Of a stretch of DNA of 64,000 nt, positions 10,285 to 18,775 are shown piece by piece; positions within the stretch are counted from its first letter, which is position 1; every line of letters begins with the position of its first letter. The notes beneath the pieces are model-generated. The model searched no databases, was not told the origin of the DNA, and worked only from the letters and a program-made list of their open reading frames with translations. The position numbers and the translations under genes are program-made. The DNA comes from Candidatus Micrarchaeota archaeon (GTDB lineage: Archaea; Micrarchaeota; Micrarchaeia; Anstonellales; Bilamarchaeaceae), in contig JBDRLQ010000004.1 of the NCBI GenBank assembly GCA_043812915.1, forward strand, positions 949 to 64,948, given 5' to 3'.

Positions 10285-11223
10285 ATGGACATACAGAAAC
10301 CTAGAAAGGGCTCAATGGCATACAGGCCAAGGAAAAGGGCAAGAAGTCAGAATGCGAGGACATACTGGCAGCCCCACGAAGAGCAGAGAGTTATGGGGAT
10401 TGCGGGATTCAAGGCAGGGATGACTCATGTTTCCATGGTGGACAAGACAGAATCTCCATCAAAGGGGCAGGAAGTGGTCAACTCCGCGACCATAATAGAA
10501 ATCCCTCCGATGATTGTTTACGGGCTGAGGTGCTATGATGGCGCCCGCTCGCTCTACGACATCTTTACCACTGACGCGAAGGTGCTCGAGAATGCAGGCA
10601 TCACGAAGGCGAAAAGCCCGAAGGCGTCCAAAGAGGGCGAGCTTAAGAACGTCCGCCTGCTCGTGCACACACAGCCGGCGATGACCGGGATAGGCAAGAA
10701 GAAGTGCGAGCGGATGGAAATCGGCATCGGCGGAGCTGACGCTAATGCCAAGCTTGAGTATGCGAAGGGCATGCTCGGCAAAGAGCTCAAAATCTCCGAG
10801 GTTTTCAAGCCCGGGGAGAAGGTGGATATAATCGCGGTCACAAGAGGCAAGGGATGGCAGGGCCCGGTCAAGAGATTCGGGGTGAACTGCCAGAGAAGGA
10901 AAGCCACCGGAAAGAGGAGGCACGTGGGTACTCTCGGTCCGTTCCACCCTGCATATGTATTATATACGGTGCCGCAGGCCGGGCAGACCGGATACCACAC
11001 ACGGACAGAGCTCAACAAGGAGATACTCAAAGTAAGTGACAAGGTTGAGGAGGTTAACCCCTCGGCAGGATTCCCGAACTACGGATTCGTAAAAACCGAC
11101 TACGTGGTAGTGAAGGGCTCGATACCAGGGCCTGTCAAGAGGATGGTGAAGCTGAGGCTAGCAAGCCGTGGAAAAGCGGGAGAGGAGCCGCAGCTGATCG
11201 AAATCTCCCTCGACCCCAAGTAG
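10285..11223 (+). CDS. rpl3: 50S ribosomal protein L3 (uL3)
   Basis: MDIQKPRKGSMAYRPRKRA is a typical archaeal uL3 N-terminus. The ATG at 10285 is preceded by AGGTG. The upstream GTG at 10210 is judged unlikely. Confidence 0.95.
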   Translation: MDIQKPRKGSMAYRPRKRARSQNARTYWQPHEEQRVMGIAGFKAGMTHVSMVDKTESPSKGQEVVNSATIIEIPPMIVYGLRCYDGARSLYDIFTTDAKVLENAGITKAKSPKASKEGELKNVRLLVHTQPAMTGIGKKKCERMEIGIGGADANAKLEYAKGMLGKELKISEVFKPGEKVDIIAVTRGKGWQGPVKRFGVNCQRRKATGKRRHVGTLGPFHPAYVLYTVPQAGQTGYHTRTELNKEILKVSDKVEEVNPSAGFPNYGFVKTDYVVVKGSIPGPVKRMVKLRLASRGKAGEEPQLIEISLDPK

Positions 11224-11232
11224 GTGATAATC

Positions 11233-11994
11233 ATGAAAGCAACCGTTTACTCTGTTGAAGGGAAGGCCGTTAAGGAGATTGATTTGCCATCTCAGTTCGA
11301 GGCAGCGGCAAGGGATGACCTTGTCAAGAGGGCTGTCCTCTCCGAGGAGAGCAAGAATTACCAGCCCAAGGGAAGCTATAAATGGGCGGGCCTTGAGACA
11401 TCCGCTAGATACCGCGGAAGGAAGGAAGACTTCGGCTCTGGTAAGAACAAGGGCATCTCGCACCTGCCTCACGAAGTGCAGCCGGGCGGGCAGCTTGGTA
11501 AGGTCAAGCGCGTTCCCCATGCCATGCACGGGCGCAGGGCACACCCTCCGAAAGTGGAGAAGAAAATCGTCGAGAATATCAACAAGAAGGAATATCTCCG
11601 CGCGCTTGAGAGTGCGCTCGCATTCGCCGCCCAGAGGAAGGCCGTATGCGGAAGGAGCAACGCGGACATAGGCGTATCTATACCCGTTGTAATGGAAGAC
11701 TCATTCGAAGCGCTCAAGAAGACCGCGGAAGTATCCAAGGTCTTCGAGGCACTGAACCTTCTTAAGTTCGTTGAGAAGTCAAAGCGCACCGGGGCAAAAG
11801 CCCCGCTCGTAGTTGCTTCATCCGGAAGCAGCGTGATAAAGGCGGCGGCGAACCTTGCGGGCGTTGACGCGGTCAGCGCCAAGGAGCTTCAGGTTAGGCA
11901 CCTTGCGCCGGGAACACACCCGGGTAGGCTCACTCTCTTTACTGAGAAGGCCCTTGGCGAAATCGCCGGAAGGTTTACGGAGGGAAAACAATGA
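11233..11994 (+). CDS. rpl4: 50S ribosomal protein L4 (uL4)
   Basis: Sits after rpl3 in the conserved order. Sequence is uL4-like (VYSVEGK...GRRAHPPK). The start could be GTG 11224 or ATG 11233. Confidence 0.92.
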   Translation: MKATVYSVEGKAVKEIDLPSQFEAAARDDLVKRAVLSEESKNYQPKGSYKWAGLETSARYRGRKEDFGSGKNKGISHLPHEVQPGGQLGKVKRVPHAMHGRRAHPPKVEKKIVENINKKEYLRALESALAFAAQRKAVCGRSNADIGVSIPVVMEDSFEALKKTAEVSKVFEALNLLKFVEKSKRTGAKAPLVVASSGSSVIKAAANLAGVDAVSAKELQVRHLAPGTHPGRLTLFTEKALGEIAGRFTEGKQ

Positions 11995-12242
11995 TACTGA
12001 TAGGACCCGTCAAGACGGAAAAAGCAATATTGATGATAGACAATGACAATGCGCTCACTTTCGAAGTGGCGCTTCGGTCTACCAAGAAGCAGGTTCAGGA
12101 GGAAGTTGAGCGCCTCTTCGAGGTCAAGGTTGCCTCGGTCCGGACGTTCATAACCTCAAAGGGCAATAAGAGGGCAGTCGTGCGCCTTGAGAAGGGATTC
12201 AAGGCAGATGATGTGGCCACCAAGCTGAAGATTGTCGCGTAA
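11991..12242 (+). CDS. rpl23: 50S ribosomal protein L23 (uL23)
   Basis: 83 aa. Start overlaps the rpl4 stop. TEKA...NALTFEV...KKQV..EVERLF.VKV is the uL23 pattern. Confidence 0.92.
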   Translation: MILIGPVKTEKAILMIDNDNALTFEVALRSTKKQVQEEVERLFEVKVASVRTFITSKGNKRAVVRLEKGFKADDVATKLKIVA

Positions 12243-12256
12243 CAAGGTGAACACTT

Positions 12257-13018
12257 ATGGGTAAGAGATTAAAGCAGCAGAAAAGAGGTGGGGGCTCCCC
12301 GAAGTACAGGGCACCAACTAGAAGATCGAAGGTCAACCTGGTATACAGGAACTATGACGACATTGAGAAAACGGGCGTGCTCAACGCCACCGTCGTCTCT
12401 TTCCTGGACGATCCGGGGCATGACGCAATCCTCATGAAAGTGAGGTATGACAATGACGAGACCGGGTATCTGCTCGCCCCTGAGGGCATCGCCGTGGGCG
12501 ACTCCCTTGAAATCGGCGCGCAGGGAAAGCTCCTTCTTGGCTCCGTTCTTCCGCTCTATCTCATTCCGGATGGCGCGTACATCTTCAACCTCGAGAGGAA
12601 TCCGGGGGACGGCGGAAAGCTGGTGCGCTCACCGGGCTCTTACGCCACCATCATATCCAAGGAGGGAAAAATCGCTTACGTTAAGCTGCCCAGCAAGGCA
12701 ACGCTGGTCCTATCCAGCGAGTGCAGGGCCCAGCTCGGAGTGGTCTGCGGAGGGGGAAGGCTTGAAAAACCTCTTCTGAAGGCTGGCACTGCGCACTACA
12801 AGCACAAGGCCAAGCACAGGCTTTGGCCCAAGGTACGTGGTGTGCACATGTCCGCATACGACCACCCGCACGGCGGAAAGCAGCACCATGTTGGTAAGCC
12901 CACAACGATTGCCAGGGGCGCACCGCCAGGCTCGAAGGTCGGGCACATTGCTGCAAGGACGACCGGAAGGAAGAAAGGTAAGAGGGTTGCCGACAAGGGC
13001 AAGGCAGGTAAAAGGTGA
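12257..13018 (+). CDS. rpl2: 50S ribosomal protein L2 (uL2)
   Basis: The conserved C-terminal block SAYDHPHGGKQHHVGKPTTIARGAPPGSKVG is present. Confidence 0.95.
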   Translation: MGKRLKQQKRGGGSPKYRAPTRRSKVNLVYRNYDDIEKTGVLNATVVSFLDDPGHDAILMKVRYDNDETGYLLAPEGIAVGDSLEIGAQGKLLLGSVLPLYLIPDGAYIFNLERNPGDGGKLVRSPGSYATIISKEGKIAYVKLPSKATLVLSSECRAQLGVVCGGGRLEKPLLKAGTAHYKHKAKHRLWPKVRGVHMSAYDHPHGGKQHHVGKPTTIARGAPPGSKVGHIAARTTGRKKGKRVADKGKAGKR

Positions 13019-13023
13019 AAATC

Positions 13024-13422
13024 ATGGTCAGGAAAGATACCTGGAAAGGATACGACGATGAAACGATTAAGGGAATAAGCCACGAGGATTTCCTCAGGCT
13101 GACAACCTCCAGGAACAGGAGGACTCTTGCCAGGCTGAAGAACAACCCTAAACTCAAGAGGTTTATGGACAAGGTTCGGAAGGCCAGGGAGAGCGGAAAG
13201 GGGAAGATGATCAAGACCCATATCCGGGACGCGGTCATCATGCCTGAATGGCTCGGCCTCATGTTCGGCGTATACAATGGAAAGGAGTACAGGAAGGTGG
13301 AGATATCCATCAAGAAAATTGGCAAAAGGCTAGGCGACTTCTCGCACAGCACCACCAGGGTTCTGCATTCTGGTCCGGGTGTCGGTGCCACAAGAGGCTC
13401 CAAGTTCGTGCCGCTCAAGTGA
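13024..13422 (+). CDS. rps19: 30S ribosomal protein S19 (uS19)
   Basis: Conserved order. Contains GKEY..VEI..IGKRLGDFSHSTTRV and HSGPGVGATRGSKFVPLK. The ATG at 13024 is preceded by GGTG; GTG 13015 is an alternative start. Confidence 0.92.
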   Translation: MVRKDTWKGYDDETIKGISHEDFLRLTTSRNRRTLARLKNNPKLKRFMDKVRKARESGKGKMIKTHIRDAVIMPEWLGLMFGVYNGKEYRKVEISIKKIGKRLGDFSHSTTRVLHSGPGVGATRGSKFVPLK

Positions 13423-14168
13423 TGACCATGAAAGGATACTCTTGTGATTTTTCAGAACAGGATTTCGCTTCTGCCAGGATTGAGGATGTGAACGCATCCT
13501 ACAAGGACCTGACGGAAGTGTGCGGAGTAATCAGGAACAAGAAGGCCGATTGGGCAGTCGACTTCCTGACGAAGGCGGCGGCAGGCGAAGTGCCGGTGTT
13601 CTTCCGCAGGCACAACAAGAGGCTCGGCCACAGGAAAGAGCTTGGCGGAAAGAAGGGCAGGTACCCCAAGAAGTCCGCGGCAATCGTCCTGAAGGTCGTC
13701 AAAAGCGCGATGGCAAACGGCACGGTCAAGGGCCTTGGCGAGGGATTCGTCATTGTGCATGCAACAGCCAACAAGAAGCGCACTTATCCGAGGATGGCCC
13801 CCAAGGGAAGGCAGGCGCGCTCATTCCTTGTGACCTCAAGGGTTGAGATAGTGCTCAAGCCGACCGATGCCGCCCCCAAGGGCGTTGAGGTGAGGGCCCC
13901 CAAGAAGCCGGACGCAAAGCCTGTGGAGAAGAAGGCGGAAGCGAAGGTCCCGAAGAGGGAAGAGAAGCCCGCTCCGAAGAAAGAGGCCCCTAAGCCCGAA
14001 GAGAAAAAGGCCGAGGAGAAGGAAGATCCTCCGCACGATGCCCTGAAGAAGGAGGGCCTCAAGGAGCAGCAGCACAAGCATTCCGAGGAGAATGCGGTCC
14101 ACCACGAGCACCCGAAGATGGAGCACGACCACGGGCAGGCCAGGAAGACGGAGATAAAAAAGGAATAA
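13422..14168 (+). CDS. rpl22: 50S ribosomal protein L22 (uL22) with a ~100-aa K/E/P/H-rich C-terminal extension
   Basis: The ATG overlaps the rps19 TGA (ATGA-type coupling). The uL22 core reaches ...SRVEIVLKP, then a low-complexity tail runs to the stop. Confidence 0.9.
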   Translation: MTMKGYSCDFSEQDFASARIEDVNASYKDLTEVCGVIRNKKADWAVDFLTKAAAGEVPVFFRRHNKRLGHRKELGGKKGRYPKKSAAIVLKVVKSAMANGTVKGLGEGFVIVHATANKKRTYPRMAPKGRQARSFLVTSRVEIVLKPTDAAPKGVEVRAPKKPDAKPVEKKAEAKVPKREEKPAPKKEAPKPEEKKAEEKEDPPHDALKKEGLKEQQHKHSEENAVHHEHPKMEHDHGQARKTEIKKE

Positions 14169-14180
14169 TACAGAGGTGTT

Positions 14181-14981
14181 ATGATGCTTTATCAAGAAAA
14201 ACTGATTGAAGAACAACTCGGAAGATACAAGATAATGAAGTACCTCGAGAAGAAACTGGACCGCGCCGGCCTGGCTAGCGTGGAAATCCAGAGGACTCCG
14301 CTGGTAACTAGGATTACCCTTGAGGTTACCAACCCGGCAAGGATTATCGGGAAGCGGGGAAGGCTCATCAACGAGCTCACCGACACCATCAAGAAGGAAT
14401 TCAGCATCGAGAACCCTCAGGTCAGCGTTATCGAAGTGCGCGAGCCGTTCCTCGAGCCGCGCATGGTCGCAAAGCGCGCCGCGAAGTACATCGAGATGGG
14501 GAAGAAGGTGCGCGCGGTGCTGCACTACATGCTCAGGGAAATCATCCGCTCAGGAGCTTTGGGAGCAGAGATAGTCGCCTCAGGAAAAATCGGCGCCAAA
14601 GGAGCCCGTGGAAAGAGGCTTCGTGTGTCCGCCGGATACATCCCCAAGGCTGGAGAGCCGGCAAGGCTCCTTAGGGTCGCGCACATCAATGCCAACACTC
14701 GCTCCGGGGTAATCGGCGTTCTGGTCAGGCTCGTCCCTCCAGGAACAGTGTTCCCGGACAAGGTGACATCCGCGGTCGTTCTTCCGAAAGTCATCGAGGC
14801 TGCCCGCTCGTTCGGCGGCAGGCGTGAAGGTGAAGAAGGCGCCGGAAGGGCTGGCGGCGAGCGCAGGGGACCGCCCGGAGGGCGTGGTCCTGGCGGATTC
14901 AAGAGAGGCCCGCCCAGAAGGGGCGGCTTCGGAGGCCCGGGCGGCTTCGGAGGCCCTAAAAGGGGCCCGCCCAGAAGGTGA
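14181..14981 (+). CDS. rps3: 30S ribosomal protein S3 (uS3) with an RGG/GFGGP-rich C-terminal tail
   Basis: KH-domain region (IIGKRGRLINELT) in the conserved position. Tail: GGRREGEEGAGRAGGERRGPPGGRGPGGFKRGPPRRGGFGGPGGFGGPKRGPPRR. Confidence 0.93.
   Translation: MMLYQEKLIEEQLGRYKIMKYLEKKLDRAGLASVEIQRTPLVTRITLEVTNPARIIGKRGRLINELTDTIKKEFSIENPQVSVIEVREPFLEPRMVAKRAAKYIEMGKKVRAVLHYMLREIIRSGALGAEIVASGKIGAKGARGKRLRVSAGYIPKAGEPARLLRVAHINANTRSGVIGVLVRLVPPGTVFPDKVTSAVVLPKVIEAARSFGGRREGEEGAGRAGGERRGPPGGRGPGGFKRGPPRRGGFGGPGGFGGPKRGPPRR
14907..14978 (+). repeat. short direct repeats inside the rps3 tail
   Basis: GGCCCGCCCAGAAGG occurs at 14907-14921 and 14964-14978. GGCGGCTTCGGAGGCCC occurs at 14922-14938 and 14940-14956 (18-nt period). 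Confidence 0.9.
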
Positions 14982-14986
14982 TTTTG

Positions 14987-15232
14987 ATGGCTGCAATCAG
15001 GAAGAGTGATTTTGAGAAGATGAGCAGGAAGGAGATGGAAGCCAAAGTCTTAGAACTCGAGAGGCTCATCCTGGAGTTCCAGGGCGAGGGCAAGAGGGAT
15101 AAGGCAAGGCCTCTTCGCAAGGCCATCGCCTCACTGAAGACGCGCCTGGGCTCTGCACAATCTTTAAATACAGGCTCTGCGCCCAATATTTCAGCAAAAC
15201 CTGAAACAAAAAAGGTGACTGGACAAAAATGA
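14987..15232 (+). CDS. rpl29: 50S ribosomal protein L29 (uL29)
   Basis: MAAIRKSDFEKMSRKEMEAKVLELERLILEF is uL29-like. The ATG at 14987 is preceded by GGTGA. A short unconserved C-terminal extension is present. Confidence 0.85.
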   Translation: MAAIRKSDFEKMSRKEMEAKVLELERLILEFQGEGKRDKARPLRKAIASLKTRLGSAQSLNTGSAPNISAKPETKKVTGQK

Positions 15233-15534
15233 TGGATAAATGCCCGAAATGCGGAATGCTCATGGATCTCTGCGTTTGCGAGATTCTTGACAAACAACAG
15301 GCTCAGAAAATAAAGATTTACACAACACGGAAAAAGTTCAAGAAACTTGTGACCATCGTTGAAGGCATAGATAAGAAGCGCCTCAACGATACCGCGAAGG
15401 CTCTCAAGAACAAGCTCGCCTGCGGCGGGAGCGCCAAAGAGGGCGTAATCATCCTGCAGGGGACGCACAAGAACAAGATTCCGCCCATCCTGAAGGCGAT
15501 GGGATATCCTGAGGAGAGCATCGAGGTCTGCTAG
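15229..15534 (+). CDS. sui1: translation initiation factor aIF1 / SUI1
   Basis: ATGA overlap with rpl29. N-terminal CPKCG..CVC followed by the SUI1 fold signature KKLVTIVEGID...LACGGS. Confidence 0.9.
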   Translation: MMDKCPKCGMLMDLCVCEILDKQQAQKIKIYTTRKKFKKLVTIVEGIDKKRLNDTAKALKNKLACGGSAKEGVIILQGTHKNKIPPILKAMGYPEESIEVC

Positions 15535-15552
15535 GCCTCATTTTCTCATTTT

Positions 15553-16635
15553 TTATCTGTAAGGCCCTTCGACATCTCCGATTTTGCCAACTTTCATCTC
15601 TATCGCATGCTTTACTCTACCCAGTCTTAACTCTGCCTCGGCTTCCGTTCCATTGCAGGTTCCTTTCCATTCCTTTGCTCCAAGCTCCATATGCGAATGG
15701 AAGCCTCTCATCATCTCATCATAATAGTTGTGCTCAAGGATAATCAGGAGCGCCTTCTCGGCCATGTGCCTGACAATCTCTTCCGGGTCTGCAAGCGCCT
15801 TTGACAGAGGTGTGGCGGCCCGATAGTCATGGGTATATCCAAGCAGCCTTACAATGACTGCCTTGCATTCGGCATCCTCTGCAGCTTCCATCGCATCTGA
15901 TAGCGGCGAAATGAATGTCTTTCCGAACCATATGCCGAGATTGTTCGGATGATGTTCCTCGATAAACATCGCCAGGGCCTCGAAAGTCCTTGTTCGGACC
16001 ATTCCGTTCTCATCATTCAGAAGGGCTGCGAGCTTCGGGCCAGAGTCGCTATGGAACAGTTTTTCAATTGCAAGTACTCCCCCATGCCTCTGCCACTCAT
16101 CTCCATTCATCAGCTTCTCTGCGTACTCTACCATTCTACTGTTTCCAATCCCGACAGCCGGAATTGCGGCCATTGCTTCTGCAGCTGCAATTCGCATCTC
16201 TTCATTCCTGTGTCCGAGGCAATTGGACAGCTTTCCTTCTATGCCAGGCAGGAATGTTGCCAGCTCCTGGCCTTCAATCTTATCTCCAACTGGCAAGTGA
16301 GCCATTATGAACATGCGAAATGCGACCAGGTTTGTTATTGTGGCGTGCGGGTTATGGTCCGGATCGATTGCATGCATAATCCCATGCAGTTTCTTCAGGC
16401 CATTCTCGCGTATCTTCGGATCATCTCCGTTGGATGCAAAGAGGACGGTTTTGAGCGCAATATCTCTCCAGCCCGAGAGCTTCGGCTTCTTTCTTGCGAC
16501 AATCCCGTAGATGCCCTCTCCGGAAGGCGCGAATTTTCTTTCTATCTTTCTTCTTGCCATTTCAAATCTGGCCCTGGCAATGCCGCTGCTGGCATTTGTC
16601 TTGATAAATTCCCCTGCCTTTTTGAAAATCGCCAT
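15553..16635 (-). CDS. HEAT/PBS-lyase-like repeat protein
   Basis: Repeated helical units: DPKIRENGLKKL, NEEMRIAAAEAMAAI, ENGMVRTRTFEALAMF, DPEEIVRHMAEKALLII. Confidence 0.6.
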   Translation of the reverse strand: MAIFKKAGEFIKTNASSGIARARFEMARRKIERKFAPSGEGIYGIVARKKPKLSGWRDIALKTVLFASNGDDPKIRENGLKKLHGIMHAIDPDHNPHATITNLVAFRMFIMAHLPVGDKIEGQELATFLPGIEGKLSNCLGHRNEEMRIAAAEAMAAIPAVGIGNSRMVEYAEKLMNGDEWQRHGGVLAIEKLFHSDSGPKLAALLNDENGMVRTRTFEALAMFIEEHHPNNLGIWFGKTFISPLSDAMEAAEDAECKAVIVRLLGYTHDYRAATPLSKALADPEEIVRHMAEKALLIILEHNYYDEMMRGFHSHMELGAKEWKGTCNGTEAEAELRLGRVKHAIEMKVGKIGDVEGPYR

Positions 16636-16715
16636 GATTTGCCCTCAAGCTCTCTTACTAATAACTGGTTTGCAGGGAAGAGTTTTTAAAGTTGTTTTAA
16701 ATGTAAAAAAAAGAG

Positions 16716-17822
16716 TTATTTATTGAAGAACTGCCTTATGCTGCTGCACACGAAGTCCAAATCATTCAGGTCCATGAAAGGGTAGGTCGGCAGAGAAAGC
16801 GTGGTCCTCGCGTATTCTTCGGCTCCCGGATACTTCTTCTTCCCGTATCCAAGCTCCTTGTAAATCGGGTGCATGTGGATTGGCACCCTGAAATGGGCGT
16901 CTGTCGCGATTCCAAGACCCCACAAATGGTCTTTCAGCCTGTCCCGCCCTTCCTTCACCGTTATCACGAACTTGTTGTAGGCCGATTTCCTGCCCTTCTG
17001 CTCTTCGGGCAATTCTATCCCGTCGATTCCCCCGAGCCCCTTAAAGTATTCCGAAGCGACAAATCTCCGGTCCTCGTTCCATTCCCTGAGCTTCCGCAGC
17101 TGCACGCGCCCGATTGCCGCATTGACCGTGTTCAGCCTGCCAGTATACCCGATGCAGGTGTGCTCATGGTCATAGCAGGACTTGCGCCCTGTATCCGCAA
17201 GCACCCTTACTTTCTGCGCGAGCTCCTGGTCATCCGTTACGACCATGCCCCCATCTCCGCCGACGGTCATGTTCTTCATCGGGTTGAATGAGAAGCAGCC
17301 CGCATCGCCAATGCTGCCAACCAGCTTCCCACCGTATTCCGCGCCATGCGCCTGGCAGGCATCCTCAATCACAAAGACGCCTTTCTCCTTGGCAATCTCG
17401 CATATCTCATCCATCTCGGCGGGATTCCCGTGCAGGTGCACCGGTATCAGGGCGTGGGTCTTCCCGTTGGCGAGCTTCCCTATTTTTGACGGGTCTATGT
17501 TCCCGTCCTTCTGCACATCGCAGAGCACCGGCTTCCCCTCGGCGTGGAAAACACAGTTGGCGCTGGCGATGAAGCTCATGTCGGTCGTGATGGCTTCCTG
17601 TCCCCTTCTCATCCCTGTTGCAAGGAGGGAGAAAAAAAGTGCGCTTGTCCCGGAATTGGTGGAGACTGCGTATTTTGTGCCGCAGAACCTGGCGAATTCC
17701 TCCTCGAACTTGTACACGCTCTCACCGAGTATGAGCCGCTCATTCAATAGCGCGCCCTGCGCGGCGGCCAGCATCTCCTGGCTCATCACCGGCTTGTATA
17801 TCGGGATATACCTCTCTGCCAT
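16716..17822 (-). CDS. DegT/DnrJ/EryC1/StrS-family PLP-dependent sugar aminotransferase
   Basis: Typical N-terminus MAERYIPIYKPVMSQEM..A...L, and the FSFNPMKNMT segment carries the PLP lysine. ATG at 17822 chosen. Confidence 0.85.
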   Translation of the reverse strand: MAERYIPIYKPVMSQEMLAAAQGALLNERLILGESVYKFEEEFARFCGTKYAVSTNSGTSALFFSLLATGMRRGQEAITTDMSFIASANCVFHAEGKPVLCDVQKDGNIDPSKIGKLANGKTHALIPVHLHGNPAEMDEICEIAKEKGVFVIEDACQAHGAEYGGKLVGSIGDAGCFSFNPMKNMTVGGDGGMVVTDDQELAQKVRVLADTGRKSCYDHEHTCIGYTGRLNTVNAAIGRVQLRKLREWNEDRRFVASEYFKGLGGIDGIELPEEQKGRKSAYNKFVITVKEGRDRLKDHLWGLGIATDAHFRVPIHMHPIYKELGYGKKKYPGAEEYARTTLSLPTYPFMDLNDLDFVCSSIRQFFNK

Positions 17823-17887
17823 ATTTTTCATTTCTCTCCAAGGGCTTAAATACATTCTGAGCAGTATCTTCCTTGGGTAGTTTCTTT

Positions 17888-18157
17888 ATGAGAAACAAGG
17901 AAAATATCAAGTATTCAACTTTCATAGGGCTTAAGGTGGAGATATCCAATTCGAGCCAGCAGGGGCTCGTAGGCCTTACGGGGATTGTCATTGATGAGAC
18001 CAAGAACCTTCTTGTAATCGAGGGCAAGGATGGCAAGGAGAGGAAAATCCCAAAGGCATCCTGCACATTCAGGTTCACGCTGGATAACCTGGAGCATGTC
18101 GAAATCGACGGGAAGGACATCGCCTTCCGCCCTCACGAGCGCCCGAAAAAGGTGTGA
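17888..18157 (+). CDS. rnp1: RNase P protein component 1 (Rpp29/Pop4)
   Basis: GLKVEISNSSQQGLVGLTGIVIDETKNLLVIEGKDGKERKIPK is an Rpp29 Sm-like barrel signature. Confidence 0.85.
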   Translation: MRNKENIKYSTFIGLKVEISNSSQQGLVGLTGIVIDETKNLLVIEGKDGKERKIPKASCTFRFTLDNLEHVEIDGKDIAFRPHERPKKV

Positions 18158-18159
18158 GG

Positions 18160-18771
18160 ATGGAAGCAAAGCCGGTTTCAGTCGGGGAGATGCGCGGAAT
18201 GGAGGAGAAGGCATTCTCTTCAGGCACAACTGTCCTTGAGCTCATGGAGAAAGCGGGCAGGGAATGCGCGCGCCTGATTGTAGAAAAAGCCGGCCCTGGC
18301 AAAAAGATAGTTATCTTATGCGGGCCCGGGAACAACGGGGGGGATGGGCTGGTGTGCGCCAGATATCTTTCTGAAAACAATGATGTCAGCCTTGTCCTTC
18401 CGATTGAGCCCAAGACTGATGCGGCAAAGGAGAATCTTGAGAAGGCAAAAGGCACGCCAGTCAAATTCGTTCCATTCAAGAATGCCGGGCCTATCCTGGA
18501 AAGCGCCGAGATTGCTGTGGATGCCCTCCTTGGAATAGGGGCAAAAGGAGGGCTGCGCTCTCCGATAAAAGAAGCCTGCCAGCTGTTCAATTCCTCAGAA
18601 GCCTTCAAGATATCGATAGATGTTCCAACCGGGATGGATGCAGACACGGGGGAAAGGGATGAAAACGCGGCCCTTCCGGATGCCACAATATGCATCCAGT
18701 CCCCTAAAACCGGAGTAGCAAAGAACTGGGAAAACTCGGGCCGGCTCTGGATTGCTGATGTCGGCCTGTAG
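18160..18771 (+). CDS. nnrE: NAD(P)H-hydrate epimerase (YjeF N-terminal domain protein)
   Basis: ILCGPGNNGGDGLVCARYL motif. The ATG at 18160 is preceded by GGTGTGAGG. Confidence 0.8.
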   Translation: MEAKPVSVGEMRGMEEKAFSSGTTVLELMEKAGRECARLIVEKAGPGKKIVILCGPGNNGGDGLVCARYLSENNDVSLVLPIEPKTDAAKENLEKAKGTPVKFVPFKNAGPILESAEIAVDALLGIGAKGGLRSPIKEACQLFNSSEAFKISIDVPTGMDADTGERDENAALPDATICIQSPKTGVAKNWENSGRLWIADVGL

Positions 18772-18775
18772 GCAA

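Noticed and set aside
12681-13418. 245-aa minus-strand ORF over rpl2/rps19
   Set aside because: Antisense to highly conserved r-protein genes.
13784-14525. Antisense ORFs 13784..14077 and 13836..14525 over the rpl22 tail and rps3
   Set aside because: Same artefact of low-complexity K/E-coding DNA. The conserved r-protein genes occupy the + strand.
17182-17880. 232-aa + strand ORF inside the DegT aminotransferase gene
   Set aside because: Antisense to a gene with clear family motifs, and its S/P/A-rich translation is implausible.
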